A stretch of 50,544 nucleotides of DNA from the NCBI GenBank assembly GCA_016934975.1, contig JAFGRV010000019.1:1-50544 (forward strand), in the 5' to 3' direction. The DNA is from Spirochaetales bacterium. Lineage in GTDB: Bacteria; Spirochaetota; Spirochaetia; SZUA-6; JAFGRV01. The notes under the pieces are model-generated. The model had not been told where the DNA came from, made no database searches, and was given only the letters and a program-made list of their open reading frames with translations. Of the stretch, positions 26,107-36,475 are shown piece after piece. Numbering within the stretch: the first letter of the stretch is position 1; each line of letters begins with the position of its first letter. The position numbers were made by a program, and so were the translations under genes.

Positions 26107-26119
26107 TTATATTTCTCCA

Positions 26120-26743
26120 TTAACTGCTTGTTTTCCGGGCCATCTTTCTGTTTATTTCTGCCGCCCGTTCCTTTGGCATTTCCGAGAGCCAGTATGCAAC
26201 CAGGGACATTTCCCCTTGTTCCCGGGCGTTTTCTTCCGTAATCCGGAAGATATCGATAATATCCACATCTTCCATTTCCAGAAGTATCGCCACTGCTTTT
26301 TTCGGTTCCATATTGACCAGATACTCGGAACTCTGTTCAAGGTTCCTTCTTCTCTTATCGTACGCTTCGACCCGTTCATTAAATGAATTTTCTCGTTCGG
26401 ACATAGCTTTTTCCTGTTCTTCCAGATCCATGATCATCTGGGCGATCTCTTTTTCTTTATCCGCGATGGCTTTTTCCCTCGTATCGAGTTCTTCCGCCCG
26501 TAGTTGTAATGCCTCATCCTGCATAACAAATTGTTCCCGCTCCCTTAAAAGGGGATCTTCGATATCCTCGACAACCGTACGTTCATTAAACCCGAGGATA
26601 CGGAAGAGTGGGGCCAGAACATCCTTGCCGTCATAAAGACCGAGCAAATCAAACCAGGCAAATCCCGCGACAACTAAGGTTATGAGGATAAGAAGAAGAA
26701 ATATTATTTTTGTGCCGCCTCCTATGTATGAATACCGTGCCAT
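26120..26743 (-). CDS. flbB: FlbB (spirochete collar-associated flagellar protein, MgtE-N-like)
   Basis: Single N-terminal TM segment (IIFLLLILITLVVAGFAWF), coiled coil, MgtE-N-like segment (MEPKKAVAILLEMEDVDIIDIF). Sits between fliJ and fliK, as in Borrelia. GGGAGGGGG SD. Confidence 0.8.
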   Translation of the reverse strand: MARYSYIGGGTKIIFLLLILITLVVAGFAWFDLLGLYDGKDVLAPLFRILGFNERTVVEDIEDPLLREREQFVMQDEALQLRAEELDTREKAIADKEKEIAQMIMDLEEQEKAMSERENSFNERVEAYDKRRRNLEQSSEYLVNMEPKKAVAILLEMEDVDIIDIFRITEENAREQGEMSLVAYWLSEMPKERAAEINRKMARKTSS

Positions 26744-26758
26744 ATTCCCCCTCCCTTG

Positions 26759-27205
26759 CTATTCTTTCTCTTTCCTGAAAAATATTCCATTATTTATATC
26801 ATCCGTTATTTTAAATTCTTCTTTATTGACAAGAGAATAATATTCCTTTTCCCGTTTTTCTTTCAATTTTTCCAGTACCTTTCTCTTTCTCGAATGAACC
26901 AGGTATTCAATTTGTATTGCCTGTCTTTCATCGATGCGCTTTTTTAACTCTTCTTCTTTATCTCTCCGTTCCTGACGAAGACGCGTCATATAGAACTCAT
27001 TTGAAACAAGATATGAATAATCCCCTATCATATCGGACCGGAACAAAGATTGAATCGTATTTTTAATCTGTGTATCGATTTCTGAAATACGGCGCTCGAT
27101 GGTGAAACAAATACCGGTGATTTTTGCAAGTTTAAGCTCCCATTCCCGTTCTTTGTACCGCCGTAATTCCAAAACCCTTTCAAGGGTGAACCGGAACCTT
27201 CTCAC
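26759..27205 (-). CDS. fliJ: Flagellar export chaperone FliJ
   Basis: 148-aa all-coiled-coil protein (FRFTLERVLELRRYKEREWELKL). GTG start behind GGAGAT, overlapping the fliI end by 26 nt. Confidence 0.85.
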   Translation of the reverse strand: MRRFRFTLERVLELRRYKEREWELKLAKITGICFTIERRISEIDTQIKNTIQSLFRSDMIGDYSYLVSNEFYMTRLRQERRDKEEELKKRIDERQAIQIEYLVHSRKRKVLEKLKEKREKEYYSLVNKEEFKITDDINNGIFFRKEKE

Positions 27206-28538
27206 CTTTTATCTCCGTATCCGGAATAGCAATATTCGCTATTTCTCCCAATTCTGAAAATGTCGTGGAGAGATCGGATTTCTCTTCCACACCCTGTTTT
27301 AAGAAACTGTTAATATCCTGTATTTTATTGATCGCTTCATCGATCTCCGGATTACTTCCTTTTACGTATGCCCCGACATTTATAAGATCTTCCGCCTCTG
27401 CATACACTGCCATCAGTTGCTTGATGTACCCTGCTGCTTTTTTCATCTGTGTGCCGGTAATCTTCGGTGTAAGCCTGGAAATAGAAGTGAGAACCTCGAT
27501 GGCAGGATAATGATTCCTCGAAGCGAGCCGCTTTGACAGGACGATATGGCCGTCCAGAATTCCCCGAACCGTGTCAGACACCGGCTCATCCATGTCATCT
27601 CCTTCTACAAGAATCGTATAGAATCCGGTTATCGTTCCTTTGTCTGAGGTTCCGCTCCGCTCCAAAAGTTTCGGCAATAATGAAAAAACAGAGGGGGTAA
27701 ATCCACGATTTGCAGGGGGCTCACCGATTGCAAGACCAATTTCCCTCTGGGACCGGGCAAACCGGGTAACCGAATCAAACATCAGCACCACATCATTTCC
27801 CTGGTCCCGGAAAAATTCCGAAATAGCAGTGGCAAGATAAGCACCGCGGATTCGTGATAAAGGAGATTCGTTTGATGTGGCGACCACCAACACAGAGCGC
27901 TTTAATCCCTCTTCACCTAGGTCGTTCTCGATAAACTCCCGGACTTCTCTCCCCCGCTCTCCGATAAGGGCGATCACATTAATATCTGCCGAGGTGTTCC
28001 GGGCGATCATTCCCAACAGGGTCGATTTTCCGTATCCGCTTCCGGAAAAAATACCGAGACGCTGGCCTTTTCCCACCGTAAGAAGCCCGTCTATTGCCCG
28101 GACACCGGTAGACATAATCTCACATATACGCCGTCGTTTAAGAACATCCGGGGGACTGGCGAAAACGGAACGCCATTCCGGGGATCCGATATCACCTTTT
28201 CCGTCAATCGGTTTTCCCCGGGCATTTAATACCCTGCCGAGAAGCTTTTCCGATACGGGAACCACGGAAAACTCACCTGTGCCCACGACAAGACACCCGA
28301 TCTCTATGCCGTCCATATCGTCGTAGGTCATGAGCTGCACCACATCATCCCGCAGCCCCACAACCTCTCCCCATACGATTTTATTGTGTTTGGGAACATG
28401 TATCTGACAGAGTTCACCGACTACCGCGTGAGGACCGTAACTTTCGATAAGTAATCCTTGTACCCGTTTTACGACACCGGTAAATTTGATGGGATCACAT
28501 TCTGTTATGACTGATGTATATTTATCGAAAATTTCCAT
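27180..28538 (-). CDS. fliI: Flagellum-specific ATPase FliI
   Basis: Walker A GSGYGKST, Walker B VVLMFDSVTR, F1/T3SS ATPase fold motifs. Confidence 0.96.
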   Translation of the reverse strand: MEIFDKYTSVITECDPIKFTGVVKRVQGLLIESYGPHAVVGELCQIHVPKHNKIVWGEVVGLRDDVVQLMTYDDMDGIEIGCLVVGTGEFSVVPVSEKLLGRVLNARGKPIDGKGDIGSPEWRSVFASPPDVLKRRRICEIMSTGVRAIDGLLTVGKGQRLGIFSGSGYGKSTLLGMIARNTSADINVIALIGERGREVREFIENDLGEEGLKRSVLVVATSNESPLSRIRGAYLATAISEFFRDQGNDVVLMFDSVTRFARSQREIGLAIGEPPANRGFTPSVFSLLPKLLERSGTSDKGTITGFYTILVEGDDMDEPVSDTVRGILDGHIVLSKRLASRNHYPAIEVLTSISRLTPKITGTQMKKAAGYIKQLMAVYAEAEDLINVGAYVKGSNPEIDEAINKIQDINSFLKQGVEEKSDLSTTFSELGEIANIAIPDTEIKGEKVPVHP

Positions 28539-28560
28539 TCACTCTCCTTCAAGCCCAACA

Positions 28561-29472
28561 TTAGTCCCCCATGGCTTTGGCTGTTATGGGCATCATCTCC
28601 AGAATCTTTTCCTCGATTTCATGGAGCTGAGATGAGATCCTCGCATTAATCTGGCCGAAATCCGTTTCAATGACACAACCGCCTCTGTCTACCGAGGTAT
28701 CTTCAAGTATCGATACATTTCTTCCCTGTTCCAGGCGTTTCAGGAAAGAATCAATATGAGAAGAGGTAAGATCAAGATCGTCGGGATTCACTTTTATGAC
28801 GACATCTCCACCGCCCTTTAATTTAAGAAGGGCCTGCATGACATTGTTAATAACAACATTTTTCTGGTTTTCAGAGATCACTTTTATCACTTTTTTTGCG
28901 ATTAAAAGAACCATGTTGATGAGTTGGGTTTCCGATTCTTCTACAATCTCATTTCTTTTCTCGATAGTTTTAGAAATAATCGCATGAAGACGCTGAATAA
29001 GACGTTCCACTTCCTGTTCTCCCGAAGCAAATCCCTTTTCATGTCCCTCTTTATATCCCCGCTCATAGGCTTGTTTCTCTATGAGCTGTACTTTTTCTTC
29101 CGTCTCTCTTTCAATTTTTAAGCCTTGTTCTTTTGCTTCATCAATAACTTTCTTTACCTCGGAGGAGGCTTCCTGCCTGATTTTCTGGGCTTCATTCGTC
29201 TTTTCCTTTACTTTTTCAAAAGCAAGCTCCTCTGCTTCCTGGATAATCTTTTCCGCTTCCACCCGTGCTTCTTCTATCATTCTGGTCTTTTCATTTTCCC
29301 AGTTATGCCTGAACTCTTCCACTTCCTTCTGCAATTCCAGCATTTGCTCTTTTGAATCATCCTCCGCGAACTCTTCTTCCACGGTCTCAATTTCTTTTGC
29401 AATAGGGGGAGCAATAATTACTTTTTTCGTAAGATTCGTTATCTCTGATGGCTTAAAAACATGTTTTGCCAC
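28561..29472 (-). CDS. fliH: Flagellar export protein FliH
   Basis: E/K-rich coiled coil plus a FliH C-domain (GGCVIETDFGQINARISSQL). GTG start behind AAGGAG. Confidence 0.88.
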   Translation of the reverse strand: MAKHVFKPSEITNLTKKVIIAPPIAKEIETVEEEFAEDDSKEQMLELQKEVEEFRHNWENEKTRMIEEARVEAEKIIQEAEELAFEKVKEKTNEAQKIRQEASSEVKKVIDEAKEQGLKIERETEEKVQLIEKQAYERGYKEGHEKGFASGEQEVERLIQRLHAIISKTIEKRNEIVEESETQLINMVLLIAKKVIKVISENQKNVVINNVMQALLKLKGGGDVVIKVNPDDLDLTSSHIDSFLKRLEQGRNVSILEDTSVDRGGCVIETDFGQINARISSQLHEIEEKILEMMPITAKAMGD

Positions 29473-29488
29473 GTATTACTCCTTTTAA

Positions 29489-30544
29489 CTAAACTACCAA
29501 TTCATCCTCACCTGCCCGTGCAACAACGATTTCTCCCTGTTCTTCGAGCTTCCTGATAATAGACACAATCTTTTGTTGGGATTCTTCCACATCTTTCAGT
29601 CTGATAGGTCCCATATAATCCATATCTTCTTTTAACAGAGTCGCCGCCCGTTTTGACATATTCCTGAAAATCTTGTCCTGTACTTCCGAATCCACGGCTT
29701 TTAATGCTTTTGCAAGCTCCTGGGTATCTACTTCACGCAATACTTTCTGAATTGCCCGGTCATCAAGAAGAACAATGTCTTCGAATACGAACATCCTCTT
29801 CTTAATTTCTTCCGCGAGTTCCGGATCGTCTTCTTCCAGAGACTCGATAATGGTTTTTTCAGTAGACCTGTCCACGAGGTTCAGAATATCCACGATGCTC
29901 TCGACTCCCCCCGCGGCGGTATAGTCTTCGGAAGACAAGGTGGAGAGTTTCTTTTCCAGTACCCGCTCGACCTCCCGCAAGACTTCCGGCGAGGTTCTGT
30001 CCATAATGGCGATACGTTTTGCCACATCCGATTGAATTTCATGGGGAAGGCTTCCCAGGATAACAGATGCTTTCTGGGGTTCGAGATAGGCGAGGATGAG
30101 TGCGATTGTCTGGGGATGTTCCTGCTGAATAAAGTTTAAAAGATGGGCGGGATCGGTTCTCCGGATAAAATCAAAGGGACGTACCTGAAGGGAGCTGGTA
30201 AGCCTGTTAATGATATCAACCGCTTTCTGGGGTCCCAGGGATTTTTCAAGAAGTTCTCTTGCATAATCGATACCCCCTGTGGAAATAAAATCCTGGGCCA
30301 TCATAAGTTCCTGGAATTCTATTAAAACCTGGTCCCTGTCCGCAGACTCGATATTTTCAAGCCGGGCTATTTCAAAGGTAAGCTGCTCGATCTCATCTTC
30401 CCTCAGATGTTTGAAAATCTCAGCTGAAATCTCCGACCCAAGAGTAACTAAAAAAATCGCGGCTTTCTGACGCCCGGTTAAGGGTTTCTTGTGGCCGGGG
30501 CTTTTTTTTGCCGCTGCCGCCGGAGTTACCGGTTTCTTTGCCAT
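29489..30544 (-). CDS. fliG: Flagellar motor switch protein FliG
   Basis: LTGRQKAAIFLVTLG, EHPQTIALILAYL and MFVFEDI motifs. Confidence 0.96.
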   Translation of the reverse strand: MAKKPVTPAAAAKKSPGHKKPLTGRQKAAIFLVTLGSEISAEIFKHLREDEIEQLTFEIARLENIESADRDQVLIEFQELMMAQDFISTGGIDYARELLEKSLGPQKAVDIINRLTSSLQVRPFDFIRRTDPAHLLNFIQQEHPQTIALILAYLEPQKASVILGSLPHEIQSDVAKRIAIMDRTSPEVLREVERVLEKKLSTLSSEDYTAAGGVESIVDILNLVDRSTEKTIIESLEEDDPELAEEIKKRMFVFEDIVLLDDRAIQKVLREVDTQELAKALKAVDSEVQDKIFRNMSKRAATLLKEDMDYMGPIRLKDVEESQQKIVSIIRKLEEQGEIVVARAGEDELVV

Positions 30545-30548
30545 ACGC

Positions 30549-32267
30549 TCACTCCTCTATTAACCAGGTACGGATAAGCTGTGCAACATCTTCCGGATGT
30601 TCCCTTGCCATATTAACAGCGTTCTCCTGCATCTCCATCCGGGCGCGTTCTTCCACAGTAAGCTCCACATCCATACCCTGGTCCTCCGCACTCTTGAGTG
30701 CCGCTTCCCGCATGGCCTGGTGTTGCCGTGCAAGTTCTTCTTCCTTTTCTCTCCGTTTTCTTTCTATGTACTTGGAGAGCATACGGAATAAAACTGCCGC
30801 CAATATTATAGCACCTATGCCGACACTAATCCAGAGAAACATATTGGCAATTCGCTTGCCCTGGAGCGCTGTATAATCTTCTTTCTTGAACTCTTCTCTT
30901 CTGTCGAATTGCATATGCTCGACAGTGACCGAATCTCCCCGTGCCCTGTTATATCCTATGGCGTCTTCCACAAGGGATTGTACCTTTTTTAGTTCTTCAT
31001 CCGTCACCGGGTAATACACCCGCTTGATCTTAGCGCTGTTTTCTTCTTCGAAAACTTTATTTCCGTCTTTATCATACACAGGCTCCCAGTACCCGTCAAT
31101 TGCAATACCCACGGTCATCCGCTTGATATTCCAGGGTTGTTCTTTTCTATCCGTATTCTTCTCGTTAATTTCATAGTTTGCACGCTCTGTTTCATGATCA
31201 TATTTACCCACGAGATTTGAGAGATCCTTATATTGAGGGGGTGTCTGGCCTTCACTTCCCGGAGGGCCTTCCGGATTGAAGCCGGTGCCTTCGAAGTGTT
31301 CGCCGATGCTTTCTTTTGAGATAAGGACCGAAGGTTCCACTTCTTTTTCACTGAAGGGGGTTCTCGGGTCATCCTCCACCATGGTGATGGGAAATATCTC
31401 TTTTATCGTGCTTGTCTCTTCACTCATATCAAGGTTGATATCGAGTTTAAGAATCGTTACACGGTCCGGCGAATAAATACCCTGAAGTTCTTTTAGAATC
31501 TCATTTTTGTATTCCTGTTCAAGCTTTCTTTTTTGCTTCAGCTGACGTTCAACAATCTGTATTTTCTCGATTCTATCCATTCCTTCAAAATCATTGAGGA
31601 TATTCCCCTTGTTATCGGTAATAACAATATTCTCCTTGCTCAATCCGGATATGGCGAGGATCACAAGCTTTTCAATACCCTCGATCTTTTTCCTGTTTTC
31701 TATAATATCCGAGCCGGGTTTGGGTGTGATGTGGATGGAAGCGGTGTACGGTTTCTCGTCTTCGACAAAGAGCGATTCTTCCGGCAGGTCGATTATGACC
31801 CGGACCGCATCAAGGTCATCCAGAGCGAGGAGATGCTGTTCAAGTGTTCTGGTAACAGCCCTCCGGACATTAATTTTCCGCTCAAAATCGGTAAGAGTCC
31901 ATCGTTCAATATCAAATATTTCCCAGGGATCTGCTTCGGCGGGGAGCAAATCCTCCCGCGCAAGGATCATACGCATAAGACGGGCAGTCTTCTGGTCCGC
32001 CACGACGATAACATTATCGGCACGCACCTCATACTTGCCCGGAATCTCTTCGTCTAACCGGGTAATAATACGGGACCGCAGCTGATCGTCTTCTACCGGA
32101 GTACCGATTAACGGAACCGTACTCGGTACGGAACTAAAAACAAAAAGAAGAATAATCGCAACCAAAACAATACCGATACTTCCAAAAAAAATACCTTTTT
32201 GCAGTGTTGTCCATTTTCCCCAGAGTTGTTTTATTTGCTCGAGAAATTTTTTAAGCCATTCGTTCAT
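30549..32267 (-). CDS. fliF: MS-ring protein FliF
   Basis: YscJ/FliF family, with an N-terminal TM segment and a C-terminal TM segment (MFLWISVGIGAIILAAVLF). Start set at the ATG at 32267 (GGGAGGGG upstream) rather than the track start at 32285, which lacks an SD. Confidence 0.94.
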   Translation of the reverse strand: MNEWLKKFLEQIKQLWGKWTTLQKGIFFGSIGIVLVAIILLFVFSSVPSTVPLIGTPVEDDQLRSRIITRLDEEIPGKYEVRADNVIVVADQKTARLMRMILAREDLLPAEADPWEIFDIERWTLTDFERKINVRRAVTRTLEQHLLALDDLDAVRVIIDLPEESLFVEDEKPYTASIHITPKPGSDIIENRKKIEGIEKLVILAISGLSKENIVITDNKGNILNDFEGMDRIEKIQIVERQLKQKRKLEQEYKNEILKELQGIYSPDRVTILKLDINLDMSEETSTIKEIFPITMVEDDPRTPFSEKEVEPSVLISKESIGEHFEGTGFNPEGPPGSEGQTPPQYKDLSNLVGKYDHETERANYEINEKNTDRKEQPWNIKRMTVGIAIDGYWEPVYDKDGNKVFEEENSAKIKRVYYPVTDEELKKVQSLVEDAIGYNRARGDSVTVEHMQFDRREEFKKEDYTALQGKRIANMFLWISVGIGAIILAAVLFRMLSKYIERKRREKEEELARQHQAMREAALKSAEDQGMDVELTVEERARMEMQENAVNMAREHPEDVAQLIRTWLIEE

Positions 32268-32370
32268 TATCCCCTCCCATTCCATGTCATACGAATGAAC
32301 ATTTATTGTGGATTCTCCGCAAACCTTGAGGGAGTCCGCGGATCATCCATAGATTATATTTAATATCTCA

Positions 32371-32700
32371 TCATCGAATAGAGATTATCTCCTTATATGC
32401 CCGGATCGCTCTGTCCACCACACCTTTCGTGATAGAGAGTGCAAGATTTGCTTCTGCCAGGGCGATCGTGACGTCATGAACATTAACGGAATCCGGATCT
32501 GTAATCATCTGTTCATTTAGTTCGGTCGTTTTGACCTGCACATCGTTCACATCATTAAAAGCACTTATGAGTACATCTCCGAAGGATTTTTCCACTCCCG
32601 GTTTTGATTCTCCCTGAAACCCGGCCCCGGAAATATGCTTCGGATTCGTTGTTTTTAATGAAATAAGATGACCCACTGCCTCATTTGAACGTAAAAACAT
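32371..32700 (-). CDS. fliE: Hook-basal body complex protein FliE
   Basis: SFGDVLISAFNDVNDVQ and C-terminal AYKEIISIR motifs; 109 aa. Confidence 0.92.
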   Translation of the reverse strand: MFLRSNEAVGHLISLKTTNPKHISGAGFQGESKPGVEKSFGDVLISAFNDVNDVQVKTTELNEQMITDPDSVNVHDVTIALAEANLALSITKGVVDRAIRAYKEIISIR

Positions 32701-32705
32701 AACTT

Positions 32706-33164
32706 TTATCTCCCTATATCGAGTGCTTTTAAAAACATTGATTTCGAGCCGTTTATCACAGCCACATTCGCTTCATATGAGCGGGAGGCTGATATCATAT
32801 CCACCATTTCGCTCACAATATTTATATTCGGAAACTCAACATACCCCTTCCGCTCGCCGGTCTTAATTGCGTCGGGATGTGTCGGATCATAGACCAGTTT
32901 CGTCTCCGCATCATAATCCTTTTCAATTTTCTTGATCCTCACCCCTTTGCCGACCCCATTATCCATGTATTCCGGAAGAAAAGGACTCCGCCAATAGGGT
33001 TGACTCACACGGGGACGAAACACGACCCGGCTCCTTCGAAACGGACCGCCTTCTGCTGTCCGTGTCGAATTCACATTGGCGATATTATCCGCTATTACAT
33101 CCAGCCGCGTTCTCTGTGCCGTAAGGCCCGAGGAAGCAGTATTGATACTCGTAAATATTCCCAT
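32706..33164 (-). CDS. flgC: Proximal rod protein FlgC
   Basis: LDVIADNIANVNSTRT and VEFPNINIVSEMVDMISASRSYEANV motifs. Confidence 0.96.
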   Translation of the reverse strand: MGIFTSINTASSGLTAQRTRLDVIADNIANVNSTRTAEGGPFRRSRVVFRPRVSQPYWRSPFLPEYMDNGVGKGVRIKKIEKDYDAETKLVYDPTHPDAIKTGERKGYVEFPNINIVSEMVDMISASRSYEANVAVINGSKSMFLKALDIGR

Positions 33165-33175
33165 CTCCCTCTCTC

Positions 33176-33592
33176 CTACTTCAGAACCAGATTAACTCTG
33201 TTGAATTCATTCTGAACAACCTGGGCTTCCATCTGATACATCAACTGATTCGACATCATTCCCATCATTTCCACATCAACATCAACATTATTCCCATTAT
33301 TCTTTGATGTTGTGAGGTAATCCAGGACCCTCCGGGGCTGAACATCCCGCCAATCCCGGGGTCTGTCAAAAGAAATATGCTTTTTTCGTGTTAATTTTGC
33401 CGGAAACGGCCGTTGATTCTCCGATTCAAGAGCCCTTTTAAGCTCCGCTTCAAAATTGACATCCGTCCGTTTAAAATTCGGGGTATCCGAATTCGCGATA
33501 TTATTTGCCATGACATTCCGGCGAAGAACACCTACGTCCATTGACTTATTGAGCATATCTATTGATTTTGAAAAACTGCCTTTAAAAAACAT
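33176..33592 (-). CDS. flgB: Proximal rod protein FlgB
   Basis: VMANNIANSDTPNFKR motif. First gene after hslU, as in Borrelia and Bacillus. Confidence 0.95.
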   Translation of the reverse strand: MFFKGSFSKSIDMLNKSMDVGVLRRNVMANNIANSDTPNFKRTDVNFEAELKRALESENQRPFPAKLTRKKHISFDRPRDWRDVQPRRVLDYLTTSKNNGNNVDVDVEMMGMMSNQLMYQMEAQVVQNEFNRVNLVLK

Positions 33593-33668
33593 AAATACTC
33601 CTCTTCGTAAGAGTTTGGTTCCCTCTCTTCCAATGTTCGGACGATTTCAATACCGGAATAAGGTAAAA

Positions 33669-35042
33669 TTAGAGAATAAACCGGGTTAAATCCCTGTCTT
33701 CGACAATATCTTTTAGTCGTTCATTCACATATTCTTTCGTAATCTTTACTGTCTGACCTGATATATCCGATGCAGTAAAGGAAATTTCTTCAAGAAGATG
33801 CTCCATAATCGTATGAAGCCGCCGTGCCCCGATATTCTCTGTTTTAGAGTTGACCTCGGAGGCGATCTCCGAAATCTGAGTGATTGATTCTTCATCAAAT
33901 TCAAGCTTCACTCCTTCTGTTTCCAGGAGGGCGACATATTGTTTAATAAGAGCGTTTTCCGGCTGAGTAAGGATTTTAATAAAATCCCCGGTTGTCAGGG
34001 ATTCAAGCTCCACACGGAGGGGGAATCTTCCCTGTAATTCCGGGATAAGATCAGAGGGCTTTGACATATGGAAAGCACCTGCAGCGATAAACAGTATATG
34101 CGAGGTATCGACAATGCCATACCGTGTGTGCACTTTGGATCCTTCAACAATGGGGAGTATGTCCCGCTGTACACCTTCACGGGAAACATCCGGGCCGCCA
34201 TGCTTGCCGGAACCGGAGGCGATTTTATCAATCTCATCGAGGAAAATAATGCCCATATCCTCGACACGCTGCCGGGCAATCTCCGAGACATTGTCCATAT
34301 CAACAAGTTTATCCATCTCTTCATTTTTAAGAATCTCAAGGGCTTGTTTCACTTTGACACTTTTCTTTTTTTTCTTCCCGCCAAAAAGATTGGAAATGTT
34401 TTCCATGTTAAGTCCGATTTCTTCAAAGTTTGTGCCGCTGAACATCTGAACAGCCTGAAATCCCTTTTTTGATACATCAACTTCTACTGTTTTATCATCC
34501 AGCTGCCCTTTCCTGAGCATCTCTCTAAGTTTTTCCCGGGTGTGTGAGGTTGATGATTCACTATTCGGGGGTTCCGTATTCGGTGCAGTGGCGGAAAGGG
34601 GGCTGTGTCTTTGTTTTGTATCCGGCAGGAGAAGATTCAGCATCTCTTCTTCCGCACGTTTTTCAGCTTCATCTTTTACTGTCTCCTGCATCTCATTTTT
34701 CACCATGGAAATACTTTCAGAGACAAGATCCCTCACCATGGATTCCACATCTCGTCCCACATACCCGACTTCCGTGTACTTGGTGGCTTCTACTTTAATG
34801 AAAGGGGCACCGCTGAGCTTTGATAATCTCCGGGCAATCTCCGTCTTCCCGACTCCCGTGGGTCCGATCATAATAATATTCTTTGGCGCGACCTCATCTT
34901 TTAAATCCTCGGGAAGCTTTTGTCTGCGCATCCTGTTACGGAGGGCGATGGCAACCGACCTTTTTGCTGCCATCTGACCGATAATATATTTATCGAGTTC
35001 AGCCACGATTTCTTTTGGTGTTAATTTATCTAAATCTGCCAT
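33669..35042 (-). CDS. hslU: ATP-dependent protease ATPase subunit HslU
   Basis: [40 protein letters not shown] motifs. Confidence 0.97.
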   Translation of the reverse strand: MADLDKLTPKEIVAELDKYIIGQMAAKRSVAIALRNRMRRQKLPEDLKDEVAPKNIIMIGPTGVGKTEIARRLSKLSGAPFIKVEATKYTEVGYVGRDVESMVRDLVSESISMVKNEMQETVKDEAEKRAEEEMLNLLLPDTKQRHSPLSATAPNTEPPNSESSTSHTREKLREMLRKGQLDDKTVEVDVSKKGFQAVQMFSGTNFEEIGLNMENISNLFGGKKKKKSVKVKQALEILKNEEMDKLVDMDNVSEIARQRVEDMGIIFLDEIDKIASGSGKHGGPDVSREGVQRDILPIVEGSKVHTRYGIVDTSHILFIAAGAFHMSKPSDLIPELQGRFPLRVELESLTTGDFIKILTQPENALIKQYVALLETEGVKLEFDEESITQISEIASEVNSKTENIGARRLHTIMEHLLEEISFTASDISGQTVKITKEYVNERLKDIVEDRDLTRFIL

Positions 35043-35046
35043 ATCA

Positions 35047-35580
35047 CTATATCTCCTCTAAGTGGATTTCCGAATTTGTATATATACAGACGGAAGATGC
35101 GATCGCAAGGGAGCGCTCTGCTATTTCTTTTGCCGTGAGGTCAGAGCCATCCATATATGCCATGGCCGCGGAATATGCATAGCTGCCCCCCGAACCGATA
35201 GCGATAATTCCTTTTTCCGGTTCGATCACATCTCCTGTCCCGGATATAAGAAGGGTTTTTATTTTGTCGGCGACAAGTAAAAGAGCCTCCAACCGCCTTA
35301 AGGCTCTGTCCGTCCGCCAGTCCTTTGCCAGTTCAACAGCTGCCCGTGTTAAATCCCCCCCGTATTCTTTCACTTTTCCTTCAAACCGCTCAAAAAGCGT
35401 GAAGGCATCTGCCGTGGCCCCGGCAAATCCGACGATAATTTTATCATCATAAATCTTCCGCACTTTTTTTGCGTTTGCTTTCATTATGGTATTTCCTAAT
35501 GTTACCTGGCCGTCCCCGGCCATGGCAACCTTATTATCCTTGCGAACTGCTATGACTGTTGTTCCTCGAAATTTAATCAT
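35047..35580 (-). CDS. hslV: ATP-dependent protease subunit HslV
   Basis: N-terminal catalytic Thr context [24 protein letters not shown] motifs. Confidence 0.97.
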   Translation of the reverse strand: MIKFRGTTVIAVRKDNKVAMAGDGQVTLGNTIMKANAKKVRKIYDDKIIVGFAGATADAFTLFERFEGKVKEYGGDLTRAAVELAKDWRTDRALRRLEALLLVADKIKTLLISGTGDVIEPEKGIIAIGSGGSYAYSAAMAYMDGSDLTAKEIAERSLAIASSVCIYTNSEIHLEEI

Positions 35581-36475
35581 CTTTTTTCTCCTTCATCGTT
35601 GCGTGGGGATGAGCATCCTTATAGACTTTTTGTAAGCGTTTCAGGCTGATGTGGGTATAGACCTGGGTTGTTGTGAGACTCGCGTGACCCAAAAGTTCCT
35701 GGACAACCCGTATATCCGCACCCTGATTTAACAGATGTGTTGCAAAAGAATGCCTGAAGGTATGGGGAGTAATTTTTTTCTGAAACTGTGTATCCGTTAA
35801 ATAACGCTGCAAAATATACCTCACTCCCCTCGAGGTGATTCTTTTCCCGTTCCTGTTTAAAAAAAGAGCTCTCCCTGCATCAATATCATCTTTTTTTACA
35901 TGATACTTTCTTTTTATTATATATTCCGAGAGTACCTTTAAGGCGGTATCGCCGATAAAGATCATTCTCTCTTTATTTCCTTTTCCGGTAACCCGGGTTT
36001 GTCCCTCTTTAAAATTGATATCGGTTATATTACATGCAACCGCCTCGCTCACTCTGCATCCCGTGGTATAGAGAAACTCAAAGACCGCCTTGTTTCTGAG
36101 ATCCAAAAACTCCATGGAAGAGATCTCCAAAAAATCTTCCACCTCATTTTCAAACAAAAAAACCGGAAGCTTTGATTCTCCTCGTATCGAGGTAATACCG
36201 GAAAAGGGATTTAACCGGACATACCCGTGTGTCTGCAAAAATTTATAAAATCCGCGCACACCGGAGATAATCCTGTTTATTGTCGGTGAAGCAAGACCTC
36301 TTTTTGAAAGAGATGCGACGAATGACCTGATAAGGTTTATATCCGCATCAAGGTCACTACGGTTCTGTTTTAAGAGAAACTCCTCGTATTGTTCAATATC
36401 CTCCGAATATGCCCTTATGGTATTCCCGGACAGGGCCCTTATACTTTTTAAATAGGATATATATTTAGCTACCAC
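35573..36475 (-). CDS. xerC: Tyrosine recombinase XerC/CodV
   Basis: Catalytic motifs [34 protein letters not shown]. The track ORF (start 36628) overlaps topA by 164 nt. It is trimmed to the GTG at 36475 ([11 protein letters not shown]..., about 300 aa), with AGGAGG 12 nt upstream. Confidence 0.85.
   Translation of the reverse strand: MVAKYISYLKSIRALSGNTIRAYSEDIEQYEEFLLKQNRSDLDADINLIRSFVASLSKRGLASPTINRIISGVRGFYKFLQTHGYVRLNPFSGITSIRGESKLPVFLFENEVEDFLEISSMEFLDLRNKAVFEFLYTTGCRVSEAVACNITDINFKEGQTRVTGKGNKERMIFIGDTALKVLSEYIIKRKYHVKKDDIDAGRALFLNRNGKRITSRGVRYILQRYLTDTQFQKKITPHTFRHSFATHLLNQGADIRVVQELLGHASLTTTQVYTHISLKRLQKVYKDAHPHATMKEKKDD

Noticed and set aside
33593-33668. Expected flgB operon promoter in the hslU-flgB spacer
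   Set aside because: No convincing -35/-10 or sigma-28 motif was found by eye. Transcription may read through from hslVU, or use a promoter I cannot recognise.
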